A stretch of DNA of 63,066 nt, the filler included, from Octopus bimaculoides (lineage: Eukaryota), in NCBI RefSeq assembly GCF_001194135.2. It is 4 parts of 4 records of this genome, joined end to end, with 100 filler letters (N's around TTAATTAATTAA, not from the genome) between each part and the next. Parts side by side here need not be neighbours in the genome. Positions count along the whole stretch, not along the records: positions 1 to 19,895 come from NC_068986.1; positions 19,996 to 50,135 come from NC_068981.1; 2 more parts are not named here. One strand, 5' to 3'. The notes below the pieces were generated by a model. That model did no database searches. It was not told the DNA's origin and saw only the letters and a program-made list of their open reading frames with translations. This document shows positions 11,075 through 22,876 of this stretch, piece by piece; the first letter of the stretch is position 1; each line of letters starts with the position of its first letter. The position numbers and the translations under genes are program-made.

Positions 11075-11320
11075 TATTGACCTAAAATTTTGGCAGAGGG
11101 CCAGCAATTTCGGAGATGTGGTTTAGTCTATTGCATCGATCACAGGGTTGAACTGGTACATATTTTACGGCCTAAAAAAAAAAAAAAAAAAAAAAAAAAA
11201 ATGAAATGAATGGCGAAAATTGACCTCGGTAAAATTTGAACCCATAACGTAAATCCGCAGAAAATGTCGTGAAGCATTTTGGTCGGCCTGCCAACGATTC
11301 CGCCAGATTACTGCCGTAGA
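11075..11320 (-). mobile_element. SINE family A, diverged, with internal poly(A) run
   Basis: AACTGGTAC...GACCTCGGTAAAATTTGAACCC...CCAACGATTCCGCCAG. Confidence 0.7.
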
Positions 11321-11767
11321 AACACATCTCTTATTACGAACTAGTAGTGGCAGCTGGTACACTGTAATCTTTAAAGCCCTGTCAAACCCGTAAATAACTG
11401 AATAAGTATCCTTTTCTGTTCCAGAGAGATCACCGAGAAGATTTTCCCGTTTTCTTTTCTTACTTGATCCCTCAGCTTTCTCTTCCATTAAAATACAACA
11501 AATTTCTGATTCATTTCATTCTCTGACTCCAATTATCTTCGTTTCATATTAAATAGCTTTCAGTTCTCCTATTCTTCAGCATACATCAGTTTTATTCATA
11601 ATTAATTGTAACAAGTGAGAAATAATACCCCACATACCTTATCAACTCGATTTGTTATGAGACGCGTGGTTCTTTACTAGAACTACAAAATTTTGTATTT
11701 ATCCATTTTTTCCATTGTGAAAAATGGGGGGTAAGTTTAGCTGTACGAAATCTAGGTCTCTTTTAAT

Positions 11768-11778
11768 GAGAGAAAGAC

Positions 11779-11875
<97 letters not shown>
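11768..11875. repeat. (GA)n microsatellite
   Basis: Direct reading. Confidence 0.95.
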
Positions 11876-11877
<2 letters not shown>

Positions 11878-14040
11878 TAAAAGAGAAAGGGAGAGAGAGA
11901 GAAAAGATTCACAAAATTAGAGATGAATAGAGAGAGTGAGAAAACGATCTTTTGCAATACTCCTCAAGAAAATATATAAGGGAAATGAAACAATATATAT
12001 TTTCCAATCTTGATCTACAGTAATTTTTCTATGTGTATTGTTATGGCTTCTCTATTTGGCTTTGAAACCAGTCTTTGTACTGAGTTTATTTCGTATTTTT
12101 TTTATTGATGTCTTTGAAATTTATCTGTCTGTTACAAACCGTTAGGCACAATATTAGCCAGCCCGATGGTATCAGTGGAAACAGAATAAAAGAAAATTTG
12201 CTGCTTTATTTGTAGGTTTTTATTAGTAGATTTATATTTTTAAGTAAAAATTATGATAAGTTGGAGTTTTAGAAGAAAGAGAGCTTATATAGAACTGGAT
12301 TTAATGTGTAACTATGAGTTACAATTTGATGTTTCGATCTAGAGAATGGCTTTTATATGATTAAACTGAAATTGGTACCTTAAAAATATAAGCGTTATCA
12401 ATTAAATACTTTACAGAATGACTAAAGTTAGGTTAGTTCTTTTAAAAATGTGTTGAAGCCAGAATCTCCACCAAAGCCAAAAGCAAATTTGGCATAAGAT
12501 TAGTACTACTTTAGCACTAAAACTCGGTCACTTTGTGGTTTTCCAAATAATCTTCTCTAGTGATCGTTGAAAATTATTTCCCCGCTTGCCAAGTCTGTAT
12601 TTTTCTAATTGACGTTACTTTCAAGATAATGAATACGATGATATTGGCAAGAGAGAAATATTTGTAACTGCGAGTGTACATTCCAAAGTCTTTGCACATC
12701 TATTGCACTGGCATTCTTCAATTCAGGTATCTGGAGAAAATTATTATTTGATGCTGATCAATAAATTCTGACTGAATATTTCAGAATTATTTATTTGTTA
12801 TGAAATATTGATTCAACAATTCGTATGAAGATAAAAGCGCGCGCACACAAACACAAATATACACTCACATATACGATTACAAATACGCCCACACATACGT
12901 TCACACATACGTTCACACATACGTTCACACATACGCTCACACATACGCATACTAGTAATATGCATGTGAAAAATCGAACAAGTTAAATCAATGAATTATT
13001 AGATTGAATATTAATGTTCATCATAATAGTACGATATACAGTGCACGACTACTATTATGTGCACAAATGTGCCTGTATTATATATACATACATATATATA
13101 TTTTGTAGAAATATACGAATACACAGCTATAATTACATACATACATACATACGACTTTTTAGAAAATAGCAAACCAAGACTGAATAGTGAACGTGTTTAC
13201 ATTTTTTTGAACTGAATATTTTGTGCAGATATACACAACCGAAATAAAGTCGATATAGATTGGAGTATAATTGAATATGAATCCAGATATTTTTTTATTA
13301 ACACCTTGGTTTAATAATTTGTATAGTATAAACCCTCTGATGAAATATCAGTCCTGACGTTAGCCTTTCTATACATCTATACAGTATATCTGGAATCGTT
13401 TTTACATTAGAGAAGTAGTTGTATTAAATCTACCTTTGAACGGTACAGGTGATTCGATCACGAAATCTTTTCCTCATTATTCTGATTTTAGCACAATAAT
13501 ACACAGCTCTATTTTATGTTTGATACGACGGTGAATGCAGATCCAAAGATTGTATACACTAAACGTGATTGCTCTTTGTACCTGCATCTGCACAAAGTTT
13601 AAAGAGAAATAGTATGAGCTACGTCCACACATATAGTCACACATGCGCACGCGCACGCACACATATATACGTACATGCAAAAGTGTATTACATCTATCTA
13701 TCTATCTATCTATCTATATAAATGTTAAATCTCTGAACGAGGTATAAACAGTAACTGCACGACAACGTGAAGTATATTTGCCACTTAAATGCGGCTAAAC
13801 CCTAAGGGTGAATGTTACTGTTGCTTTTAGCCCCAGGAGAACATATGTATACACACACACACACNNNNNNNNNNNNNNNNNNNNNNNNNNNNNNNNNNNN
13901 NNNNNNNNNNNNNNNNNNNNNNNNNNNNNNNNNNNNNNNNNNNNNNNNNNNNNNNNNNNNNNNNNNNNNNNNNNNNNNNNNNNNNNNNNNNNNNNNGAAA
14001 CAGGCTCACACACGCACTCACACACACGCACACACACATA

Positions 14041-14655
14041 TACGTGGTCTGATCAAGAAGTATCCGAACTGTTGCCATAGTAACGACGCTAAAGCTCTCA
14101 GAGTGAAGCTGCTTGGCAAAGATTGACGTTAAACTCAGCTGCACATGTACACTAATTTTTAACGTTTTAGCCCACTTCCGCTGTTTACAGCAAGGCTTTG
14201 AAGGAACGTGTGTAGTGTGGGATCATCGCATTGACCATGACAGAGAAAGTTGTCATGGCGATACCTGCTCCGAGGCCTGCGCAAAGTTGCAGAAAGTATA
14301 TGGAGAGGAGTGTATGGGTTGCAGACAAGTATACGAGTGGTACAGACGTTTCCAAGATGGCCGAAAAACTGTCGATATTGACGAACTTTCTGGAAGACCC
14401 GCAACCAACAGAACAGAAATTCATCGCAGATGTGTGTGCAGCTGTGAGTGAAAATCGTAGAATTACCATCCGTGAATTATCAGAGGATGTGCAGATTATT
14501 TACAATTCAGTTCAGTCCATTATAACTGACGACTTGGGTATGAGACGCATGTTTCCAAGTTCGTGCCAAAACTGCTTTCAGCTGATCAAAGAGACACTCG
14601 GGTTTCAGTTGCATAATATCTTGATTTTATCGAGAACGATGAAAACTTTTTGAAA
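14041..14655 (+). mobile_element. Mariner transposon 5' half (TA + TIR, paired HTH region)
   Basis: TA|CGTGGTCTGATCAAGAAGTATCCGAAC end; LQKVYGEECM...VYEWYRRFQDGRKTVDIDELSGRP; ENRRITIRELSEDVQI...DDLGMRR. Confidence 0.88.
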
Positions 14656-15263
14656 ATTTTGAGTAGGCTTTAGAGCAGGTATCGCCATACATACATACAT
14701 GCAAACATACATACACACATACATACATACATACATACATATATATTTCTACATGTGAAAACAGATGGCCTGGTGACCATGGAGGTCGTGGATTCAATTA
14801 GAGGCCTGGTTAGCTTCATGCGTTTTCGAGCAAAGAATTTCATATCGAAGTTGCTCCAGTCTAGTCAAATCAAAATGAGCACCAGTTGAATACTGGTAGA
14901 GCCCTCTCTATGGTCAAAGATATTCAAGCTGCGAACACAGTGCTTTTGAGGTATGCCTAAGGCTAATGAGCTAATGTAACCTTCCATCATCTAAGATGGT
15001 AGTGTGCGATATAAAGGAAATTACGTACCATTTCTTACTGACCGATAGGAGCATACAGAAGGCTGAATGGTTGATATGCATTCAAACAAAGAGGACGATG
15101 GTAATGAGTCTTGATATTGAGTACTAATTACTTGGAACATTAGATAATTTGAAGAATTCATATCGATAACTCAATAAAAACCTTATAAAAACTGTTTAGT
15201 CATATTTTTAACAGATGCACGTACATACAAACATACACATACACGCACAAAATCCGGAACGCA

Positions 15264-15264
<1 letters not shown>

Positions 15265-15332
<68 letters not shown>

Positions 15333-15413
15333 CATTGTTTGTGTACATGTACAAACATATATATACGTGAATCTACACAAAAATCTATGTATACATATGC
15401 GTACAAATATCCA

Positions 15414-15475
<62 letters not shown>

Positions 15476-15480
15476 CCTAT
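15265..15480. repeat. (CA)n and (TATC)n microsatellites
   Basis: Direct reading. Confidence 0.9.
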
Positions 15481-15997
15481 GTCTGTGTATGTGTGCGTCT
15501 ATGTGATGTGCGTGTGTGTGAGTGCGCGTGTGTACGTGTTTCAAATGGGTTTCAACCGCTGCTAGAGACGTTACCTCTTTATTTCTAAGAACCGTTTATC
15601 TACAATAATGTTTATCTATCGGTCTTTAGTAATGGCAGGACTTGCAAGAATGATAGACGGATATTCAGATTTACAGTGCTGTCTATCTTTTGCTACGTGC
15701 ACGCAATACAATATACTGAGATATTCGTCCGTCTCTTTAGAGAAAGCGGATGACATATAGGCAAACTGTTCAGATGAATAATGTATAACGATCTTTCAGT
15801 GCAGCAGCATAACCATTTTCTGACAAACGTTCATCAATATAAACCTCTGCCACACACTACATAACAGACAACAAATACCACATACCATAAACTATATACC
15901 ACAGAATGTAGACTAATTCAGTGACTGGCTTTGAGAAGTTTAAGAGTTAGAAGCTGTAATAGTTTGTGCAGCCCAAATAATATTCTTATCATTCCCA

Positions 15998-16081
<84 letters not shown>

Positions 16082-17183
16082 NNNNNNNNNNNNNNNNNNN
16101 NNNNNNNNNNNNNNNNNNNNNNNNNNNNNNNNNNNNNNNNNNNNNNNNNNNNNNNNNNNNNNNNNNNNNNNNNNNNNNNNNNNNNNNNNNNNNNNNNNNN
16201 NNNNNNNNNNNNNNNNNNNNNNNNNNNNNNNNNNNNNNNNNNNNNNNNNNNNNNNNNNNNNNNNNNNNNNNNNNNNNNNNNNNNNNNNNNNNNNNNNNNN
16301 NNNNNNNNNNNNNNNNNNNNNNNNNNNNNNNNNNNNNNNNNNNNNNNTATATATATACATACACATGTATATACATATATATACATGTATATACATGTAT
16401 ATATTATGCCTAGAGTGCGTGCTGGTTTGATTTTCGTTTCAGAGAGCTGAAGAAGTATTTTGTCTGGATTACTAATTCCTTATTAAAAATCCAACCAGGA
16501 ACAATTCTACTATCGAATCTCTTAGAAATGCTTTGAGGACGTTGCTTGCAACGAACCGTTTCTCTTTTTTGTGTGTATTTTTCATTGTCGGTTAATCATA
16601 CCCATACATATATCAAGAGATGTATGTTGAGGGATAAATAACTGACGTTGGAAACTTTCTAAATACGCCATCATTAAGAACTTACAATAAATATTGTGTT
16701 AACCCATATCTCTATGTCACTCAATATTGTTGTAAATAAAAATCCGTAATCCTGTCCAACAATAAATAATTTCACTAATGGGATAATAACTGGGTTCACC
16801 TAATGCAAAAAGCGCAGCAATGGTGTACGGCCGCTTGGTTTTGATCCAGATGTATTGAGAAAGCAAAAATGTTTGAGATGGAATACATTTCAACGATCTC
16901 AGCTGTCCTATAGAATTTGAATCTAATGTAATCGCTATAAACTCTCATTCTTAGCTAATTAAAAGCAACGGAGATATTTCGATGTGAATCCACGCTACAA
17001 TTCTTTTGAAATAAAATCCAATATAAATTACTCTTGTTGCTCAGTCAGGATGAGTTTCTCAACGAATGAATTTCTTATTCCGTTTCTAAATCATCAGCAT
17101 CCACAATATTACTCACCTCTCTCGCTTTCTGTGTAACTCCCTTTGTATTCGCTTCTAAATCACTAGCTCTCTATTCCCTATTA

Positions 17184-17185
<2 letters not shown>

Positions 17186-17232
<47 letters not shown>

Positions 17233-17391
17233 GGAGGGAGGACTGAGAGAAAGTGAGAGAGGGGGAGGGAGAGGGAGGGAGAAGGAGAGAGAAATGATAA
17301 TAATAATAATGGCAGTGGTGGTGGTGGTGGTGGTGGTGGTGATGATGGTGGTGCTGATGGAAGTGATAAGAAAATGCGGTGTAATGATAAC

Positions 17392-17441
<50 letters not shown>

Positions 17442-17472
17442 AGATAATAATGATGATGTTGATGATGACGTC

Positions 17473-17520
<48 letters not shown>

Positions 17521-17527
17521 AATGATA
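17186..17527. repeat. Serial (GA)n-(GGT)n-(AAT)n-(GAT)n microsatellite array
   Basis: Direct reading; abuts a Dong fragment. Confidence 0.95.
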
Positions 17528-17529
17528 AG

Positions 17530-18420
17530 AAGAAGACAAAGAAAGAGGATCTGCGGCGATTAAGAAAAATATTGAATTTAAAATTGAATGTCAGAAATAT
17601 AATTTCGGCATGGCACTGGGATTCTGAAGCGGACAGAGGATGATCTAAAGGAGTTGAACAGAAAGGCAAGAAAGTATCTAAGAATGATTGGAGCCCATCA
17701 TCTATGTGCAGACACTGATTGCCTATACATGATGAGAGAAAGTGGAGGAAGGGGACTGATAAGTGTGAATGACTGTGAGCATATCAAATTTGAGAACTTG
17801 CTGGGGTATTTATCCCAATGTGAGGAAACCTTGCTAGTGGTAGTTATAGATGAAGGCATATTGACAGAAAAAAAGAAAGGAACAAGACAAAAAAGTACTA
17901 GAAGGACATGAAGAACATTACACAACAAAGGACTACATAATCATTTCCATGTATCTACAACTGATGTTTCTGGAGCTGTTTGAAGAAGGGAACGCTGAAA
18001 GAAAGACACTGAGAGCACAATACTGGCAGCGCAAGACCAAGCTTTGGCCACAAATTGGAGGGTCAACCTTAAGAATGAGCAAGTGTCTCCCCTGTGCTGG
18101 ATCTGTAACGAAACCCTTGCCCATATCATGAAGAAATGCCCTCGGCTTACCTATCACTAATATAATGTGTGGCGGCACGATGAGGTAACAAAAGTGTTAC
18201 ATTGGAAATTGTTTGAAAAGTGGGGGTAGAAAGAGGCAAGACGTGGTTTAAGGATAAACTACTGAGAGTGAAGGAGTCGGAGACCTGCAAAATCTTGTGG
18301 ATTTCCCAATCCAAACGGATCAGACTTAGTGGTGGTGGACAAGGTGAACCACACGTGCTATATAGTTCCTGTTGCGGCCCCCGGTCGTACAGTGATATTA
18401 TCCTCAAAAGGTTGGAGCGT
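17530..18420 (+). mobile_element. R4/Dong-type remnant: RT end, CCHC knuckle, start of REL endonuclease
   Basis: RKILNLKLN...ELNRKARKYL...LYMMRESGGRGL; DTESTILAAQDQALATNWR...CWICNETLAHIMKKC...RHDEVTKVLHW; SDLVVVDKVNHTCYIVPVAAPG. Confidence 0.85.
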
Positions 18421-18481
18421 TATATCGTTCACTCAGTATAACAGTACTGCCACTTTTTACCAGGAGGGGTATACAGTTTCA

Positions 18482-18556
18482 CAATACAACAACAACGACA
18501 ACATCAACAACACCACCACCACAACCACCACCACTACCACCACCACCACCACCACC

Positions 18557-18588
<32 letters not shown>

Positions 18589-18595
18589 CAATAAC

Positions 18596-18657
<62 letters not shown>

Positions 18658-18658
18658 T
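18482..18658. repeat. (AAC)n-(ACC)n-(AAT)n array
   Basis: Direct reading. Confidence 0.95.
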
Positions 18659-18734
18659 GGGAAGCAAAAACTGAACAATTACAACGATTTGACTGAACAA
18701 CTAGAACGCCCAGACCGTTGAAACGATTAATCAA

Positions 18735-19055
18735 TTGAGTTTTAAGGTGCTGGGACACCCTGCCTACATCCCAGATCTCCCTGCTTCCGACTGTCATATC
18801 TCTGGACCGCTCGAAGATGGTTTGCGAGGTCATCGATTTCGTACGGATGAAGGTAAGAAGGAAGCGGTGCGTAAATGGTTGCACGACCTACCGAAAACCT
18901 TCTTGGAGGGAATACGAAAGCTTGTGGACTGCTGGACCAAGTAAACCGAAAAGGAATGAGACTATATAGAATAATGACGTACTTGTTTATCCCCTGTTTT
19001 TGCTTAAATACATTAGGAAAACAAGAGTGCGTATAATTTTTGACTTTCCCTTGTA
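18735..19055 (+). mobile_element. Mariner 3' end with TIR and TA
   Basis: HPAYIPDLPASDCHISGPLEDGLRGHRF...GIRKLVDCWTK; ends GCGTATAATTTTTGACTTTCCCTTG|TA. Confidence 0.88.
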
Positions 19056-19056
19056 C

Positions 19057-19305
19057 AAAGGTTGTGGTTAACGAGGAGAGTAGACTTGATACCAATAGTA
19101 ACTTGCGCACTTAGAAGTATCAGCACTCAACTGCCAACATGGCTAAAAAAGTAAAAAATAGAACAGATGCAAAAAATCATTAATGCTTGGAACTGCAAGA
19201 ATTCTTCGCAGGGTTCTTGAAGTACGACCAGTAAACACGTGTCACCTTAGTCTGCTAGCTGTGGACAGCTGACACTTTCCATTATACCTAAAACAAGCTG
19301 AGAGT
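19057..19305 (+). mobile_element. R4/Dong-type extreme 3' end (same subfamily as 2950-3150)
   Basis: QKSLMLGTARILRRVLEV; 3' UTR GTAAACACGTGTCACCTTAGTCTGCT... colinear with the reverse complement of 2960-3170. Confidence 0.85.
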
Positions 19306-19308
19306 TTT

Positions 19309-19846
19309 CACCAGGCAGTGGCTCTCATGGCTTTTGATCTGAACTGACTGAAAGTGTAATCCTGTACATCATTCTGTCTTGGAATAAAAAACGGGCTACA
19401 GCAAATATTCTGTTCAATATCACAGAGTTGCTTGTCAGTTGTTTGACCATAACCAGCTGAGCATGTCCCTTAGTGGCTGACGATGTGTGAATCATGAGCA
19501 GAAGTAGTGGCATAGCATCATGGTCTTGTGTAGAGAGAAATTGTTTGGTGTTTGGATAATTCACCCCTAGAAACATGAATGTTTCGTTTAAGATCCTTAA
19601 ACAACCCTTATTCAGGGACCTTTTGAGCAGGATGGGCTACTCGACCTAAGGAAAAATTCTAACTGGGGCCCCTTCCTGCAAGGTCATGCGCTGTTAATAT
19701 TGATATGAGGTCACAATGTCGCGCACGTATGATTGTGATGCATGTGCCTGGTGTACCCATATGAGACAGATTGTCATGATGGGTATACTAGGATTCGTAT
19801 ATTTTACCCCAGTATCACTTTGATGGCATGCACTGCTCTCTCAGTC
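19309..19846 (+). mobile_element. Dispersed repeat E, copy 2 (longer 5' end)
   Basis: Colinear with 6317-6745; followed by (AAT)n. Confidence 0.85.
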
Positions 19847-19895
<49 letters not shown>

Positions 19896-19995
19896 NNNNN
19901 NNNNNNNNNNNNNNNNNNNNNNNNNNNNNNNNNNNNNNNTTAATTAATTAANNNNNNNNNNNNNNNNNNNNNNNNNNNNNNNNNNNNNNNNNNNN
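19896..19995. other. Artificial scaffold spacer: 44 N + TTAATTAATTAA + 44 N
   Basis: Identical 100-bp construct three times; the 12-mer has stops in all six frames. Confidence 0.9.
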
Positions 19996-21490
19996 TTTTT
20001 TTCCCTTCCTTCCTCCTCCCAAAAAGAAAAGCTCTACATTGTATTTGTCCCATCTTCGTTGAGCCCTGTGTGGCTAATAAAAGAAATGTATCTATCTATC
20101 TATCTATCTATCTACTTACCTACGCTGCCACATGCATATGACACGAATGCGGGAGACAAGAGTGATAAATTATATATACTTTCCTCTGATTGGCCCAATA
20201 CACCGGGAAAACTGGAGAATGATCTAAACTTTACCTGGTCGTACGAGGATTGCTAAAACACTTCTAGATTCTCGAAAAAAAACAACCAAAAAAACAACAG
20301 TCGATAAGCATAAAAAAATGACAAAAGTTCTCGAAATACAAATATACATAAAGGAGTGATCGTTATAGATAATGAGCTGGCAAAAAAATGGACAGAAACA
20401 TTATGTGTACGTTCAAGGACGTAGTCAGCTTCTTAAATTAGTGGGAGCGATCATATAAAAAAAAAGCACCGTGACACTTAACAAGCAATTTTTAAATCAT
20501 TCATTATACATTTTATAAAAGGCGCCAACGTTGAAAAATGTGCTCATAGGTAGCGGCTGCTCATCACGCTTCCCTATTAGCTTTGTCATTGTACGTTCAC
20601 ACAATGCGAGTTGGGTGAGTTTGCATGAGGTGAGTGTAAAATAGAAGATAGTTAGCATGCTGTATGTGCTTTCGTACAAGGGAATCTGTAGAGAGTGACC
20701 GAGCTTTGATATTTGTACTTTAGTATATTTCTATGCTTAAATAGTTGCCACGGGTTTTCGTGTCAAATGTAAGGCTGTTCGTGAAACGAAATGACTTGTT
20801 TTAGAATACTGTACTGTGAATTGCAGCGGTGTCGAAGAAACAAAGCCATGTTCATGTGCGTTTGTGTTGTGAACTTCTGGTTCTATTTGAAGGATTGATT
20901 TAGTGTGTATGGGGTACCTCGGCATTGCTACGTCTATGTTGGATTTTCGAAACTGTATTACAGTTCTCGTTAGCAGGACAGAACTCATTATTGGTTGAAG
21001 CCAGCCAATAATGTAGGTGAAACATAAGGCTTCTGATGTTATGATAGGTGTTCAGAAACATTCATTTGTTATTTATCGTTGGTTGATATATACATTCTTT
21101 TATTATTATTATTGTTGTATTTTGACCTGAAGATTAGCTATATTTTTGAATAGAATTGATTTTGGATAGTTTTAATCGATTTTAATCGATTTAAATTTTC
21201 TTTCTATTTGAAAATTGGTTATGAAACACGTGTAGTCGTTTTATTATCTTTATCTTATGATATATACTTTGTATTATATTATACTTATTTAGTGTGCTTT
21301 TACTTATTAATTTTTCTATATGTGACAGTGGATTTTCATCGATGAGTTCATGAACCGTGGTTCTTTTCCCTAAAACTATATATATTTAATACTGTGAAGC
21401 TTAATTTAATTTTAATTTTTATAAATTGATTTTAATTGAGTTTTTACCTGTAATTTTGGATTTTTATCCCTAATATTACATATATATACA

Positions 21491-21604
21491 GGAGTTGGAG
21501 TGGCTGTGTGGTAAGTAGCTTGCTTACCAGCCACATGGTTCCGGGTTCAGTCCCACTGTGTGGCACCTTTGGTAGACGGAAGCTGAAAGAAGCCCGTCGT
21601 ATAT
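21491..21604 (+). mobile_element. SINE family B 5' half with internal deletion
   Basis: GGAGTGGCTGTGTGGTAAGTAGCTTGCTTACC...GGTTCAGTCCC head; jumps from GGCACC to TTTGGTAGACGG. Confidence 0.9.
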
Positions 21605-21671
21605 ATAAATCAACTATTCTTTTAAAAAAACTTTTCTTTTAATTTCTCCAAAATTTAATTTGTTTTCCATA

Positions 21672-21716
21672 CTTACAGTTAAAAAAGTCCTAACGACTGA
21701 AACCGGTACTGAAATG
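21672..21716 (+). other. Decayed minimal type I hammerhead ribozyme-like fold (Penelope-type)
   Basis: TTACAG-[TTAAAAA]-AGTC CTAAC GACT-GAAA-CCGG-TA-CTGAAA: stems I and II and palindromic ACCGGT intact, CTGANGA core mutated. Confidence 0.45.
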
Positions 21717-21779
21717 TTTTTTATAAAATTATTTTAGCATTTTCTACCATGACTTTTTTTTCCATATACATATATATAA

Positions 21780-21831
<52 letters not shown>

Positions 21832-21832
<1 letters not shown>

Positions 21833-21999
21833 CACGACGGGTTTCTTCTCAGTTTCCGTCTACCGAATCCACTCACAAGGCCTTGATCGGCCCGAGGTTA
21901 TAGTAACTTAACTTTGATAACTTTGATAGGTTTCCTGCCAGTACAAGCCTAGGCCATGTCTCTTACCCAAGGTGCCATGCAGTGGGACTGAACCCGGAA
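21832..21999 (-). mobile_element. SINE family B 5' half with ~55-bp internal replacement
   Basis: Reverse complement of family B; foreign segment about 21907-21960. Confidence 0.85.
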
Positions 22000-22360
22000 C
22001 AATATTGTAGAAATATAACCATATTCTTGCACATAAATCTTAACAAGGTCTTATACGGCCCCTCCCATCCCCAATGACCATATGGATCCCGGTTGAGAGC
22101 CATTGACCTAAGCGAAAGAGCCTTGCCCCTGTTGATGCGATTGGCTTTGAATTCTGTAAAGGAAAAGACTTAAAATAAATCAAGAAATACACACACACAC
22201 ACATACACACACACACACGTACGCACATGCGTACATACATGAATACTTGAATATAAATACGCACACACACGCACACACACACATACAGATTTCATCTCTC
22301 ACTCATTCACTCACTCACTCACTCACTATCTCTCTCTCTCTTTCTCTATCTATCTATCTA

Positions 22361-22396
<36 letters not shown>

Positions 22397-22762
22397 CCTG
22401 TCTTTCTGCCTGCCGGTGTGTCTGTCTGTCAATCAATCAGTCTGTCTGTCTGTCTGTCTGTCTGCCGCTGTTTCTTTCTTTCTCCCTGTTTCTCTCTGTC
22501 TCTGTCTCTCTCACANNNNNNNNNNNNNNNNNNNNNNNNNNNNNNNNNNNNNNNNNNNNNNNNNNNNNNNNNNNNNNNNNNNNNNNNNNNNNNNNNNNNN
22601 NNNNNNNNNNNNNNNNNNNNNNNNNNNNNNNNNNNNNNNNNNNNNNNNNNNNNNNNNNNNNNNNNNNNNNNNNNNNNNNNNNNNNNNNNNNNNNNNNNNN
22701 NNNNNNNNNNNNNNNNNNNNNNNNNNNNNNNNNNNNNNNNNNNNNNNNNNNNNNNNNNNNNN

Positions 22763-22811
<49 letters not shown>

Positions 22812-22845
22812 AAGTATACTGACGCATATACATACGCATTGCACA

Positions 22846-22876
<31 letters not shown>

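Noticed and set aside
13330-13375. CTGATGA as a hammerhead core
   Set aside because: No GAAA at the required position and no stem I or III; only a short CTGAT/ATCAG hairpin
13432-13590. Minus-strand exon with strong acceptor and donor
   Set aside because: All three frames contain stops; only a non-coding exon is possible and there is no evidence for one
14041-19055. One large mariner spanning the 5' half at 14041 and the 3' end at 19055
   Set aside because: The TIRs do not match (CGTGGTCTGATCAAGAAG vs CAAGGGAAAGTCAAAAAT); they are different subfamilies
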